DNA of 63,799 nt, the filler included, from Nemertoderma westbladi (lineage: Eukaryota > Animalia > Xenacoelomorpha): assembly GCA_032718475.1 (NCBI GenBank). It is 3 parts of 3 records of this genome, joined end to end, with 100 filler letters (N's around TTAATTAATTAA, not from the genome) between each part and the next. Parts side by side here need not be neighbours in the genome. Positions count along the whole stretch, not along the records: positions 1 to 22,248 come from JAUCBJ010000035.1; 2 more parts are not named here. The stretch is one strand, 5' to 3'. Every line of letters begins with the position of its first letter. Positions within the stretch are counted from its first letter, which is position 1. The position numbers and the translations under genes were made by a program. The notes under the pieces are model-generated. The model saw only the letters and a program-made list of their open reading frames with translations, was not told the origin of the DNA and made no database searches. This document shows, in pieces, positions 1-13,070 of the stretch.

Positions 1-619
1 CCATATCGTTGTGAATAGTTTAAGTCATAACTCTGTTTATATAAATAAAGCGCCACGTCCTAAAGGAACTGTTAATATTCCCGAAGGTGAATAATATTGT
101 CAGAGATTATATAATACTGTCAGTCGAATAATACATTAGGCTTACATAGCAATAAAATTAAACCGTCGAACCCAATCTCCCGGGAATATCCAGCGGGTGA
201 ATGATCGCGCACAGATTGGTTTCGACTAGTGTAGTGAATCAAATACTTGTCATAGGCTAAAAAGCGATTTAATATCTAGAAGACATCTTAATTTGGCGGA
301 TTAAACTGCCAAAGGTCTGAAAGCGCGAACAAACTGTTTGTAATCTACCAGTCATCAATCTTCCGCAAGATCAGCAACTGCTCGATTTGTTGACCAAAAA
401 TCTCAATTTAGCTAATTTCATTTGCAATAGCAATATATACTGTACAACTTGGAAAGCCTAGCTAGCATAAATAACAAAAAATAATATCAAAAATACAATT
501 TATTTTTTACGTCTTAACTCAGTGCAACCCCACCCCCCTCTGAATCTTAACGAAATTGAGTGGAATATTAGCATTCGGAAGTGGCAAGTTTTAGCATCGT
601 CTTGAGGCTATTTAATTAC

Positions 620-790
620 TTTTCAAACGCTTGTAGTTAAGGATTGCAAGCGAAAATAAATATTCTGACGCACCCAGTATGGATGAGGGAGGTAAAACAA
701 TATCTATTTCAAATTTCATGCAATGACATTATGATTTGTAGAATAATAATTGGTGGCCAAGTCACTGAATTAAGACACAATATGCCCAAC
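620..790. repeat. Diverged partial copy of the MITE arm found at 3740-3920
   Basis: AAACGCTTGTAG..AAGGATTG..CACCCAGT..GGGAGGT.AAAC..TTTCAAATTTCATGCAAT..GTCACTGAATT aligns by eye with 3750-3915. Confidence 0.65.
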
Positions 791-1881
791 GAAGTGGAAC
801 TGGCAATTACCAATAATAATGTAAAAATAGCTAGTAAAATAAATTGTTTCAAAATTATAATACTTACTATTTTTTTTGTTATTATTCGTTAAGTATTATT
901 ATAAATATAAAGTTAATGTTAAATAAAAGATCAAGTTACAGGATTATAACTCTAAATATTGTAAAGTTCTGCCCAATATCGTCGAAATGGTCCATTAAGT
1001 AACATTTTAAAAGTTTTCTTCATCATCTGATCAAAATATTCTAGTTGCATTTTCATATTTTTCTTTCACCATTTTAGATTTTATGCTCGTGCAACTTTTT
1101 TATAGATATTAATTCCTTCTCAAAAGTTTATTGACTCGCATTGCTCAAGACTTTATCCCCAATTTTTGGCACTATTGTAATTTTCTTTTGAGTCCAATGA
1201 TATAACAATATAAATTGTATAATATGTATAAATTAAAAAATATAATATTTTAAAATATTTATAAATTGTATAATATTGAGTCCAATATTAAATACTTACT
1301 ATTGAAATGAATCATAAAAAAATGTTCTAGAAGACTTTTATTATAAAATCCTTCAAATATATGAAAAATTATTTTCAAAACGTGTGCCTACTAAATTTAG
1401 TAGGTAGAATGCAGCTTTCACGGTCGTATACACCATGTCCCAGAATATAGTGTCGTAATTCAGTGACACGCCTACACCCCCCCCCCCCCTAATTTGTTTA
1501 CAAATCGTAATGAGATTGCATGAAATTTGAAACAGAGATAGTTTCACCTCCCGACCACTGACTGGGTGAGCCAGAATTTTATTTTTGCTTTCAATCTTTA
1601 GCTACAAGCGTTTAAAAAAAGTGTCTCCAGCGATATTACACCTGTTACACCGCATTTGTTCTTCTACCTTATAGCTGTTTGTTGGTGCCAATGGAAAGCT
1701 GGCCCTGCAAGGATTCCAAATATGTAACACAATTTAAATTTCGTTGAAAAATAGCTGAGATATGAGCGTTCAAATGTTGCATGGTTTTGCAACGACGCGA
1801 GGCTATTTTATTCTATTTAATAAATAAACCATATTCTGGAACATTTTTTAAATGTATGAATAGCTACGTAATAGTATGATT

Positions 1882-1884
<3 letters not shown>

Positions 1885-1920
<36 letters not shown>

Positions 1921-3459
1921 CGTAAGAACAATTTCTTTATTTCCATTACAAATAAAATAAACATTAACAAACAAGCAGCATAATGAATTAATTAATGTCA
2001 ACAAATTGTAGGTAATTAATAATTATAGTTGAAACTATTTAATGCAATCCCAGCCTCGGCTACAGCCGCGCTCACGCCGGTCTCCCGCATCGTCTGTCTC
2101 GTTGCCAGCCTAGCCTTCGGCTTCCGTGCGCCCCAGAGGCACATGATGGAGGAATGGAGGAGGGCGAAACTCAACCGAGTCCTGATGAGGGAGAGAGTCT
2201 GCGAGTAGGGAGCATCCCGTTTCGCCGACAGTAGGAGCGCAATGCGTGTGAGGAGCGCGTGGGCTGAACGGCTGGCCCCACCAGTTGTAGCAATTACAAA
2301 AGGCGAGAAGCCGGCGTGCTCGATGTCATTGATTCTCTCCTCGTACTTCCTCCGTTTCTCTCGTTCATGTTTGCTGTAAGCAGCATCCATGGAGCGAGGA
2401 TTGGAGGAGCACAGAGGGTTGAATACCTTGACGTCGATATACACCCGCTCGAAGCGCCCACCCCACAGCCCACTCGCCGCAACGTCCAGACGGGCCTCCG
2501 GGTCTACCGTAGCAGATCTCAGGCGGAAAGACTCGCCCTCGATCGGCTGGAGATGGGGTTCCACCTCAACGTCGTGTGCGACCTCGCTGAGGAGCTCGGC
2601 GAGGAAATCGCGGACCTCATTGTGCCGCAGGATCGGGTAGGCTCCCATAGGGCAGTGAAGGGAGTGGAAGATGGTGAATACAGCACTGCAGGAGCAGTTG
2701 GCGGGCAGCCTCGGGGGCTCCCACCCAAATCGCAGACACAACGCATCCCGGAAAGCGGATTTGTGTAGGGAAAAGTTGTATCTGGAAATGGGTAGGGCCG
2801 AGAGCCATGCTGACGCTCCACGCTCCTTCGCCAGTGTCCGATGGTAGAGGGCGTCTCCGGACAGTTGAGCATCAACCGCCGCACATCGAGTCTTCACAGC
2901 CTCATCCTGCTCCTTGCGGATCTCACGCAGGATGGTCTGCTGTGTTGTACGAGCGGCTGGGTCCGAACACCGTAGGGGCTCGCAGAGTCGCAACGACTTC
3001 TCATAGCTTTCCACCTCATCCTGAGGTTGATTTATAGCTAGCCCCCCATCCCTCACAGGGAGTGCCAGCAGCTGTCGTTCCGAAAGGCCGGGTGGGTATC
3101 TGCCAGTGAGTGTCGGGATGACTGTGCTGGAGAGTGTTTCCTCAACTCGATCCAAGTGACCGACTAACCCGGTGTGGTGCGAGCCAAGAAGTTTACCTTC
3201 GGCTGTAAGCCACGGACCAGGCATCCGTACGCGGGGTGGGGAGCAGTCACTGCGAAATCGTTGAGGTGTTTTAGTTGGCGACAGATGACATCAACTCGCT
3301 TCTCCAGATACCCAGCACAGTAGGATGTGGACCCTATTACGGACCCCAGGACTCGATGACCATCGACCACTTCAACAGGGAGGCCAGAGAAAATCGCGTT
3401 GGCCTCTTCGCGCTTTGAGTTCTTCACAATAAGAAATGCCTTTGTGGGGTAATATCCAT
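1885..3459 (-). mobile_element. 5'-truncated CRE-like non-LTR retrotransposon (RT C-terminus, Zn finger, restriction-like endonuclease)
   Basis: Poly(A) tail (T36 at 1885-1920); 13-bp TSD TAGTATGATTAAA at 1872-1884 and 3460-3472; ORF motifs CSC..H..HC, RHNEVRD, RLDV..IDVKV, KRRKY; frameshift near 3164-3224. Confidence 0.85.
2016..3224 (-). pseudogene. CRE-like LINE ORF C-terminal part (RLE domain)
   Basis: LPVRDGGLAI, ASAWLSALP, FRDALCLRFG, RHNEVRD and the PD-(D/E)xK-like YIDVKV motif. Confidence 0.8.
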
Positions 3460-3969
3460 TAGTATGATTAAAGATGTAATGCATTGTTGCCCAGCTACGT
3501 ATTTGAATAAACAAAATATTCCAGATTATGATGTATTTATTAAATAGAATAAAATAGCCTCGCGCCGGTGCAAAACCATGCAACATTTGAACGCTCATAT
3601 CTCAGCTATTTTTCAACGAAATTCAAATTGTGTTACATATTTGTAATCCTTGCGCGGTCAGACTTCTATCAGTCAGTACCAACAAATCACTATAAGGTTT
3701 AAGAATAACTGCGGTGTAACTGGTGTAATATCGCTGGAGACACTTTTTTTAAACGCTTGTAGCTAAAGATTGAAAGCAAAAATAAAAATTCTGGCTCACC
3801 CAGTCAGTGGTCGGGAGGTGAAACTATCTCTGTTTCAAATTTCATGCAATCTCATTACGATTTGTAAAAAAATTAGGGGGGGAGGGGGGGGGGGGGGGCG
3901 TCACTGAATTACGACACTATATTCTGGGACATGGTGTATATATGTATATAGTAGGTCATGGATAGTAGT

Positions 3970-4560
3970 TCAACAATGTTTCTTACTGCCGGCCTGGCCA
4001 GATTTTTCAATTTATGAGCTATTTCGATACAACAAGCCGTTAACGTCTATTTCTCAATATTTAGCCTCCATCGGCTTTATTTTTCGTCTTTGGAATGAAA
4101 TCTAGATTTCATTAGAATCGCCTTAATCTGCATTAATCAGAAAACCGTTTTAAATTTCACCAATAACTTCCGGAGATGTTATCAAAATCCAAAGGTATAC
4201 ATTTTGACACGTAAATCGATATAATTCGAACGTTTGTTACGCTCAGCTAAACACTAAACAACTCGCTTTTAAACGCCCAGCGAAATAATAATTAATATTC
4301 TAGAATAAAGGCAAAAACACATTAGAATTATAGCGATTTACGTCTCAACATTTTGCACATTAGTATTTTGATATATCTTTGCAATTTTTAGGTTAAATTT
4401 AAAACGGTTTTCTGATTCGGAATCTGCAGATGGAGGTTCTAATGATATCCAGATTACATTCCAAAGACGAAAAATAAAGTCTACAGATGTGGTTAAACAT
4501 TGCTAAATATACATAACTGAAAAATTGAAAAATCGGTCAGCAGTGAGAAAAGGTGTCCAT
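3970..4560. mobile_element. Degenerate foldback MITE
   Basis: TTTTTCGTCTTTGGAATG..AAAACCGTTTTAAATTT (4080-4157) is inverted at 4396-4476; outer boundaries approximate. Confidence 0.6.
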
Positions 4561-4689
4561 CTATCATCATACTAAATTTCATAGCATTTTATTGAAATTT
4601 GAAAGGAACTGACAGTTCACCCCTTTTTTATAATTTATTACGAGTCACAGTATGTACATTTGCATTTTTTCGCCAAAATTGGAAGCAGT

Positions 4690-6135
4690 GACACTGGTCT
4701 GTACCTGTAGTTCCCACGTTCCAGTTTAGCATCTTTTTTGTAACTTAGGGATTGTCTTTGCTAATTTGAATGCAGATGGATATGTTGATGTTGCGATATA
4801 AGTATTGAGTAGGTGTGTTAGTGGTTCAGCGATTTCCATGGCCATGTCTTTTATGTAACATGGTGGTAAATCATCTATGCCATTCTTTAAAACTTTAGTT
4901 ATAGTTGATACATCTATCTTTTGTAACGTAAAGCTGTTTCTATTAAGTTTTGAATTCTATTAAATTTGTTGTTGTAGAATCTTTCAATTGCATCAATGTT
5001 ATATATCCCTGTGGCAGGCGGTAGTTTGTTGACTAGCACCGCGGCAATGGTTGTGAAGAAGGCATTGAATTCCACGGCAATAGCGGCTGGCTCGGTGATA
5101 ATAGTTCCATCAGCTGATCTAAGACATTTGATTGCAGCAGACTCTGTTCTTTTCGTGGGAGCCCCAAGTAGTTTTAGTTCTTTCCACAGCTTTTTCGGAT
5201 CATTCCGATATAGCGTCAGTTTATTTTTTATGTATTGCGATTTAGCAGTTGTAATTACAGACTTATTTGCATTCATAAGATCCTTATAATATTGCTCATT
5301 AGCAAGTGTGCGGTTCTTATGGAAATTATGTAAGGCATTGTTTTTCTTGGCTATACTACAGTATATCCGAATTTATCCATGGCTGTGAGTCAGAGCGAAT
5401 TCTGACAGGTCGTTTGGGTGCACTCTCATTTAATGATTTAGCTAGTTCCTTGGTTAGCCCTGCTGCATGTTTTTCTACATCAGATTCATTCGCTAGGTCG
5501 ATAATGAGATTGTTAGTTTGGAGTTTATTACCAACGCTTTCCTTTTAAATGAGCGACAGAGGCGGTACGTGTGGTCTTGTTTTTTTTTTTAACTTTGACT
5601 GCTTGCGGGAAATGAAAACCATATAATGATCACTTAAGCCAGATCGCATGACTCCAGAATTAGATATAAATTGTCTACTTAAGACAAATGTATGATATAG
5701 AGTGGATGATGTTGTTGAAGTGACTCTAGTCGGTTGTTTGATGACTTGTTCTAGCCTCATGGAGTTGCAGAAACTGTTAAGATAGTGTATCGTTGAGATG
5801 TTCTTGGATTGATGTCCATGTCCATTAGCATTTGTTGAGTCTGAGTTTGTGTCCCCTAACAGGTCTACTTTCTTGTATCTGGGGAGATTTCCCAGATAAT
5901 CTCCAATTATGGTGAAGAATGGAGTTTGCCTAATTTGCATTGGGATTTTACTGTATAATGATCCAATGAAGATAGGGCTTGTATGTGGGAGATGTATTTC
6001 ACAGACAACTATTTCCAATTGTTCAGCATTCAAGTTTGTATTTTGTAACGTGGCACCCGGAGTAGTTTAGCTTTTTGGAAATATAGATGGCTACACCACC
6101 ACCAATACGATTACGGTCATTCCTTTCAATAAGGT
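4690..6135 (-). pseudogene. Degenerate CR1/L2-type LINE ORF2 fragment (APE endonuclease, linker, start of RT)
   Basis: LLGDTN, PTRVTSTTSSTL, LSDHYMV (APE); KKLWKELK, EFNAFF (linker); multiple stops and frameshifts. Confidence 0.75.
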
Positions 6136-6457
6136 CAGATGGAGTTCAATTCAAGGTTCGATGACCCCTAATCCATATGGCTACTACTGTACAATGCAGC
6201 AATGTATTAATTAATTGTGTTTGACATTGTGCTGTGGTGCGGGCCGTTAACAATTTTTTTAATTTATAGCTTGTCACAGTGTGTGCATTTGCATTTGCAT
6301 TTGCTGTAGGCATATTAAGTAGGACTAAAACTGCTAACTGTACAGTAATTGTATTTAACTTTAATCTGAAAGTCAGAAAGTAGGCTACTGAAGCAAGCCG
6401 CGAGGCCTATAACGTTTTACTAATAAAACCGCAGTGTTTTCGTGGACCAACCAGATC

Positions 6458-6720
6458 GGTGTGCGGACACTCCCCCCCCCCCCCCCCGGACACTTACTCC
6501 CCGGACAGTTTCCCCCCGGACAGTTCCCCCCCGTTCAAGTAGGACACTTCTCCCCCCGGACACTCCCCCCCCGGACACTTCCCCCCCAGACACTTCCCCC
6601 CCGGACACTTCCCCCCCGGACAGTTCCCCCCGCTCAAGTAGGACACTTCCCCCCCGGACACCTCCCCCCCGGACACTTCCCCCCCAGACACTCCCCCCCC
6701 CCGGACACTTCCCCCCCGAC
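6458..6720. repeat. ~15-bp tandem CCGGACACTTCCCCC array, likely subterminal repeats of a DNA transposon end
   Basis: About 14 units; the Pro/Gly-rich ORFs here are by-products. Confidence 0.7.
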
Positions 6721-7269
6721 TGTTCTTAACTTCGCACATTCGTATTTTGAATTTTGTAAGGTAAACGGACCGCTCGTATCCACACAAGTTGTATCCAATT
6801 TTCCTTTCGTAGCTCAGAAAGTGATCTTTTGCATCCGAATTTACATTTTATATCCAAGTTTTATTTATGGGTTTTATCAGTATTGTTTGCTAATCTTTAT
6901 ACAATTAATTAGATGACCTATAAATTCCATCCCCCGAATGATATACTGTTTTTTTACTATAGAATAGAGGTTCCTAATAATGCACATTCCATGGCTACAT
7001 TTTATACGCAAGCAATAAATTTCATAAACGGAAATTGGCATAGCTTATCAACATAGGCCTACTCCGCTAGAAATATAGCCTACCATAAAAGCCATATGGG
7101 TTAGAATTAATCGATTTGGTATATTAGTACAGGATAAATGATATTGTAGTTATGATATTATTTACATTATATATTATTCTAACTAAATCCATAATAATAA
7201 TTAATAATTGTTAACATTTTTGGTTGTTGAATGTTGAGGTATTTATAAATAACTTTCTACATACAGAAC

Positions 7270-9015
7270 CTTTCTATGACGTGGTTACTTTCCTACAGTA
7301 GTTCATCACTGTTCTTAATAAGTCCAGTGCTCTTTGGTAGGCGTTTGAGGAAAGTCATTGGCTGTCCACCACGCCTATTCTCACCAGCAGCAGGCCGCCA
7401 CAACAAGGTTGTGTAGAGGTTCGTCATCCTGCCGGCGGAAACAACGCCCCTGAAACGGCACCGTCTCTGCAGGGTGCTGCTGGTGTGACGGGATCGAGTT
7501 CTGAGATCCCGACCGGGTAAGGTTGTACGCGTCACTTGGTTGCTGGGCTGCTGGGCTGATATCTTGGGCCGAAGGCCGTTTGGGAAAAATAACAGAGTTT
7601 GTTTCTCCGTGTTAATAACCTCAGAAATAATAGCACAGTCAGATGTATACAGGTATAGTAACAATAATCCGTATAGCATAAATGACGACAGCAGCACATA
7701 TGAAATGACGGTCAAAACTATGCCGGTCTGCAACTGTGTGATAATCAACTGGCCGGTAAATCAGTAACTAGAGTAAATATATGATTGATACATATTGGTT
7801 TCACCTCTATGCTACTGTGGCCTTTGGTACCCAATGGATGCCCTCCTGTCCTTCCCCATGTGCTTCCCTGCCCGCTATTGGCTTATATACTAATTGTCAC
7901 TTCGCCACTCCCTGTAGGTGTTACTCCCTGCTGCTAGTCTCACTAGCCGGTTTGTCCCACTGAGGTGGTTAGACCTCTCACCTCTCTCTGTGGCTTAGGG
8001 CGTGTATCCCCCCCCCCCCCCCAGTTGGTTATGAGGCGAGATTATTATTGGTAATCTCGCATCGCCAACTATATCGGTAAAATGCCACTGGTCCCATTTT
8101 GGGTGGGCAATGTAGGGAATTGAATCCGCTTACAGCTGGCTCTTGGTATTGAGTTGTTGCCATAGTTGTATTATACCTCATTGCATAGGTGTGCCTCATA
8201 GGCAATGTTGTGCACCATGCGCAGAATCCTGTTATGTACCATCCAGAGACAGGGTATCTTCAGCTGTTAGATCCAAGCATGCTCCAACAGGCCCCACTGC
8301 TGCACGGGAAAGGTATACCTTAAAAGATAATTAGGTATCACAGCTCTTCCACATTCAGTTGGATGGCGGTCCAGGCTTCCCTTTGCGAATTCGACGATCT
8401 TCACCAGACCTCCGAAAGAAAAACACTGGATGCAACCTTCTCTTAGTAACAGCTTCGGGGCTCCATCCAATGTTTCTGACAGGTTCATCATCGGTTAGAT
8501 CTTTGGCTGTGAACCTACGACTGCGGCAATCTTATGGTGGAGATATTTCTTCCACATCAGCGTTATGAATACGAATATGGAGTAGTCCACCTCAGTAATG
8601 AAGATAAAGGGGGATAATATGTCTCCTTGAAGGACATCCCAGAGAACCTCGAATGGTCCGTGTCTCCATTAGTGGATACGAAGGTTGTGGAACCGTTAAA
8701 CTGACCTGACTGCATTAATGATCTCATTGGCAATCCCATATGCCCGAATAATTTGCAACATGCGTGGGCGTGTAACAGGCCATGAAGAAATCCACAAATA
8801 TGACAGACCAATATCTGTGTTTTTTGCAGACAGTTCAATAATCCTTCTAACTGCCGGAATGGACTCAAACATACTTCCAGCTTTTCGAAACCCTTTCTGA
8901 TTCTCACGTAAGAGTCTTTCATCAGGATAACCCTGAGGCGATCCAGCATAATTCGGTTGAATAATATTTTCATGACCCAAAATAAGAGAGAATGCCCTTT
9001 TCTCCGAAACGGGCA
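7270..9015 (-). pseudogene. Degenerate RTE-clade LINE fragments (RT and 3' end), interrupted at ~7560-8000
   Basis: LLRENQKGFRK, IIRAYGI, VLQGDILSPF (8595-8640), 3' LLWRP..GENRRGG. Confidence 0.7.
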
Positions 9016-10124
9016 TCAGCCGATTAGTCTTCAGTTCTTGTGTGCACCACAAGAACTGAAGACTAATCGGCTGATGTTAGTGCGTTACATTTCAACTAGA
9101 ATAGGGTGGACTAGTAGAAGGCATTCTCTGATCTTAAGGGGGGGGGGGGGGTGTATACCAATTCTGGAAGGGTTTCAAAAAGCTTCATATTCACTATAAA
9201 AACTTAACTTGATGCTAGCAAAACTATATATGGAGTAAAAGGCAATAAAATAAGTCAATTTTCATTGGTAGTCGTCTAAAACACTACTCCTCATTCAATC
9301 TTTGGTGGAAATTGCTGAAACTTGCTGAGAACATTCATGAGGTATATTTCCACAAAACTCATTGATAGAAATTCACAAAAATAAAATTTTAGGGCAGTTT
9401 TCGTAATTCAAAATTTAGAAAATTGACTTTTTTCGTACATATGAGTACATTTTTGGTTATAAAATGAGAACAAAGTCGAATTTCGAAATTATGTCAAAGA
9501 TTTATATTCTTGTTGAGTTTATGAGCAGAACAAAAAAACAGAATCAAAATCCATTGAGAAATGGCGGAGGAGTAGCATTTTGAAAAATTTCGAAAATCCC
9601 AAAATCCAGAAATAATAAAGACCAGTAAAATGCATTTAAAGTTTTTAACGTCACATTAAACAAATTATAATTTACTCTGGCCAAATAAATGAATTAACAC
9701 AGTTTCGTTATTAAAACATACACACATGTTATAACATAATTTATTTATTATAGATAGACTACAAATATTGTACTTATTATAATATTACTCATCACCTGTT
9801 TGACTACTGCATACTGCACTCAGACTCAATATTTTAATTAACAGCAAATACAATTATGTGTGTATAGTATTTGTACTATATTATTATAACTGTGTGTAAA
9901 ACTCTCTGTAGTATTCGTTTATTTTTTATAGTACACTTCCTTAGTAATAGTTTTATTTCGTCAAAGGCCCCACCTGCCATACATGTAGAAAGTTTTCCAA
10001 AATAGCCTGCCATCTAAGTTACAATCACATTTTTCCATACACGACATTTGTAATTTGATTCCACTACCTAAATTAATATTTACTCGCCAGAATATTTACT
10101 GGTAAAATAATTTTATTAGTGATT

Positions 10125-11042
10125 ATGAACCACTTGAACGTTTCACCGTTAACTGACGCCGAATACAGCGAATTCTTTGAGGTGTTTAATGAATGTCACG
10201 AAAAGACCGTCGTTGAGAGTAATCTAGACGACGATGACAAAGTTGTTAGCGATAATAACAGCGAGGTAATCAGTAAGTCCCTGTTAAAAGAATTGAAAAA
10301 GCTTGAGAAGTTGAGAGACCACGGGTTGGATATATTGTCTGTTGGAGCAGGAAAGGGTTGCAGAGAGAAGACGATAGTGAAGAATGTATCAGTCAGGAAT
10401 TTATATATGATAGAACCCAACGCAGAATACGTAAACGAATTAAAAGCTGAAATTGGAATTTGGGAAAAATACGTTGAGAAATTCTTCATAGATCAGAATA
10501 TCTTTTCTTCAGGATTTAAATTGTCATCTGAGTGGAATGAGATACGCTTCGATGCTGTTTTATTTTTACATACCTTGTATTATATCGACGATGTGAGTGG
10601 TTGTCTGAACAAAGCTTACTCAATGTTAAAACCCGGAGGAAAATTATTAATGTATCACCATGGAGATGAATCTACTAATATATGTATAAAGATTTGGAAC
10701 GCAGTTTATAATAAATATGATGTAACTTGGAGCAGTAGACCGCCTACACCTAACCGGGATCTCAGCTCTTCTAATATTCTCGACCTCTTATCAACCAATG
10801 GGATAGCGGTTAGCGGGGTCTGCACAGTAGTTCACCAGTTGTCATTGTTACCTCGTCCGAAGCTAAACAAACTCATTAGCTTCCATCTCCAATTCAATAT
10901 TTCTTTAATTGATGAATCGATTCGTGAATGGATATTGAATGAATACTGTAAACATTGTATTGTTGTAGAGAAAGACGGAGAAATGGTTAGAGCAGTCATT
11001 CTTTCTGAATGTTTTATATCAGCAATGAAACCTGGCAAATGA
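10125..11042 (+). CDS. Intronless class I SAM-dependent methyltransferase, histamine N-methyltransferase-like
   Basis: 305-aa ORF from ATG 10125; motif I ILSVGAGKG, post-I MIEPN, FDAVLFLHTLYY, LKPGGKLL. Confidence 0.8.
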   Translation: MNHLNVSPLTDAEYSEFFEVFNECHEKTVVESNLDDDDKVVSDNNSEVISKSLLKELKKLEKLRDHGLDILSVGAGKGCREKTIVKNVSVRNLYMIEPNAEYVNELKAEIGIWEKYVEKFFIDQNIFSSGFKLSSEWNEIRFDAVLFLHTLYYIDDVSGCLNKAYSMLKPGGKLLMYHHGDESTNICIKIWNAVYNKYDVTWSSRPPTPNRDLSSSNILDLLSTNGIAVSGVCTVVHQLSLLPRPKLNKLISFHLQFNISLIDESIREWILNEYCKHCIVVEKDGEMVRAVILSECFISAMKPGK

Positions 11043-11689
11043 ACTAAGTATGCATGATTTGGTGGTGGTGCATGATTTGGTATTAGGTAGAATTATAATG
11101 CTATTTTATACAGCTAGCTAGTTACACCTAGTTGCTATGGAAAAACTCCAAACATACTGTAGTTATGACCCTCTCGCATACTGTACACACATAATCGATT
11201 GAGCCTAAACATTGTTTTGTGAGGTAATTGTAAACAATATTCTTAGGGTCCGTTTATATAATGACGTCACTGCTTAATCAACGAAATGTCACAAAATTCT
11301 AGACGCCCTCTCTCTCTCTCCCCCCCCCCTCCCCCCCTGGAATATCACAATAATAATTAAATATTATATTTAGAATTGATAATTAGGATCATCCTAAGTC
11401 CTGTTTCAAAAAGCAAAAGCATATAAACAATAAGAATCAATTAATTTTAGCAAATTATAATTGCGCGGAACCTTTCGTATGTATACATCAAACATCATCA
11501 GCCACAAGATAATCAAATTGAGCAAGTAAAGCTAAACAAAATACACTGATAATAAGATCTAAAAAATGCAGATATCAGAATAATATACAGTACAAGATAT
11601 GGTACCAGTAAGGTTAACATATTAGGCTACGATACTGTACAGTAGTACACTAATAATAAGAAATATTATTAAAACACAACAAAAAAACT

Positions 11690-13070
11690 TCAATTAAACA
11701 TACAGTAAAGTCAATCAGTATTTTAGAAGTCATGTAATTTAATAGAGGACTCATGAATGTTGAGGGAAGGTTTGTCTTTGTTAATTAAAATACTACCTTT
11801 TAGCTAGAGGTCGAGTTGGAAGCTGCAGACCCAATCCAACTAAATTCAGCTAGGGAAATCTTGTGGTCTACTTCCATAGCGCGATCCCGTACTGCTGAAA
11901 GGGCCAGGCAACTTAAACCTTTTCCAGTTTGAGGAGAGCACCCAGGTGCTCACAGCTTGTAATGGCGTTTTGACTCGCCCATGCGTCACAGCTACTGCAC
12001 TTCAATTTATAGAGGGTTCGACTCTGAAGAGCAACTGGCTAACTGTCAGTTTGTCGAAATCAGGTCACTAATCGGCGTGAAGGTTTAAAAACAAACTTAG
12101 TCACATTGAAGGTAAGCTTCAACAATTTTAATCTTTTTACCAAGCCATCGGTAAATCTGCCAATCTATTTTCTTCATCTTTTTTTCATCTTTTATTCATT
12201 TGTTTCTTCATCAATAATTGTTTGGTGAGTTAGTGAAAAATGTTGAAAGTGCCCCCGTATCTGCGAAGGTTATCTGTTAGTAGATTTCGTCAGGTGTTGA
12301 GAGTTCGAAATCGTACTAATTGATTCCTGAGTGTTCTCTCTAGTTGAATATCGACCTCCCGACCACAGAGGTAGAGTCACAAGCAAACAATGGTTTTGTA
12401 CGGTGGTTGATTTCTGATAACGACTAGTCATCTATGTACCTCACCAATACACCTCGAGGACAACGTACTAACCAATAACTCCTAAATAAGTCAAATACAC
12501 CGATAGCTTAGAGAAGGTGACAGTTGATGTAGAACTACTCTCAAGAATGAAGTCTACACCAAACAACAATATCAAATATCATAAATACACCAATAACACC
12601 AACATCTGGTTAATCTACCGTTAGCACATTATTCATCTCTGTACTAATTCAAGGCAATCCAGAGCTGTAAATTTGCCCTTATTTGAGTTCATTGTCCCTC
12701 CTTACTGTATTGATCTAACTTCCATCTATTATTGCACATAAAATGGGCATGTAGGTAATATCAATACGCAGTATCTAATCAGTCTCAACACACTATATTG
12801 ATTGCTCAGTCTGTGTTAATGTATCCAAAAGGACACTCCTTCCTATACCAACAGATCGATAGATCTACAAACCACTTCAACTTATCCGCCATAGATCATG
12901 TGGTTGAGGGTACAATAATGTGTTATGCAATACTTGGCATGGGAAACCTTTAAGAACACTGGAAATGTTGTTTTTGTATGCTCCAGTGTCCAAATCCTCC
13001 ACCAGACATAATCTCAAATTAAAGCAATGAGCGCCTTGAGCTCTCCGGTTGGTGCAGACAACGTAACTTT
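11690..13070 (-). pseudogene. Degenerate Penelope-like retroelement (RT plus GIY-YIG endonuclease)
   Basis: Minus strand RYIDD (~12425-12445) and YKLKCSSCD..GES.RH..EHLG (~11925-12012); heavily disrupted; boundaries approximate. Confidence 0.65.

Larger units (their letters stand above)
1431..3936. mobile_element. Foldback MITE / non-autonomous TA-flanked DNA transposon with ~430-bp inverted arms, interrupted by a LINE
   Basis: TA|CACCATGTCCCAGAATATAGTGTCG at 1429-1455 is the reverse complement of CGACACTATATTCTGGGACATGGTG|TA at 3912-3938; the arms remain complementary for >400 bp. Confidence 0.85.

Noticed and set aside
6420-6916. Pro/Gly-rich collagen- or extensin-like ORFs (also 63036-63369)
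   Set aside because: Translations of 15-bp transposon-type subterminal repeats
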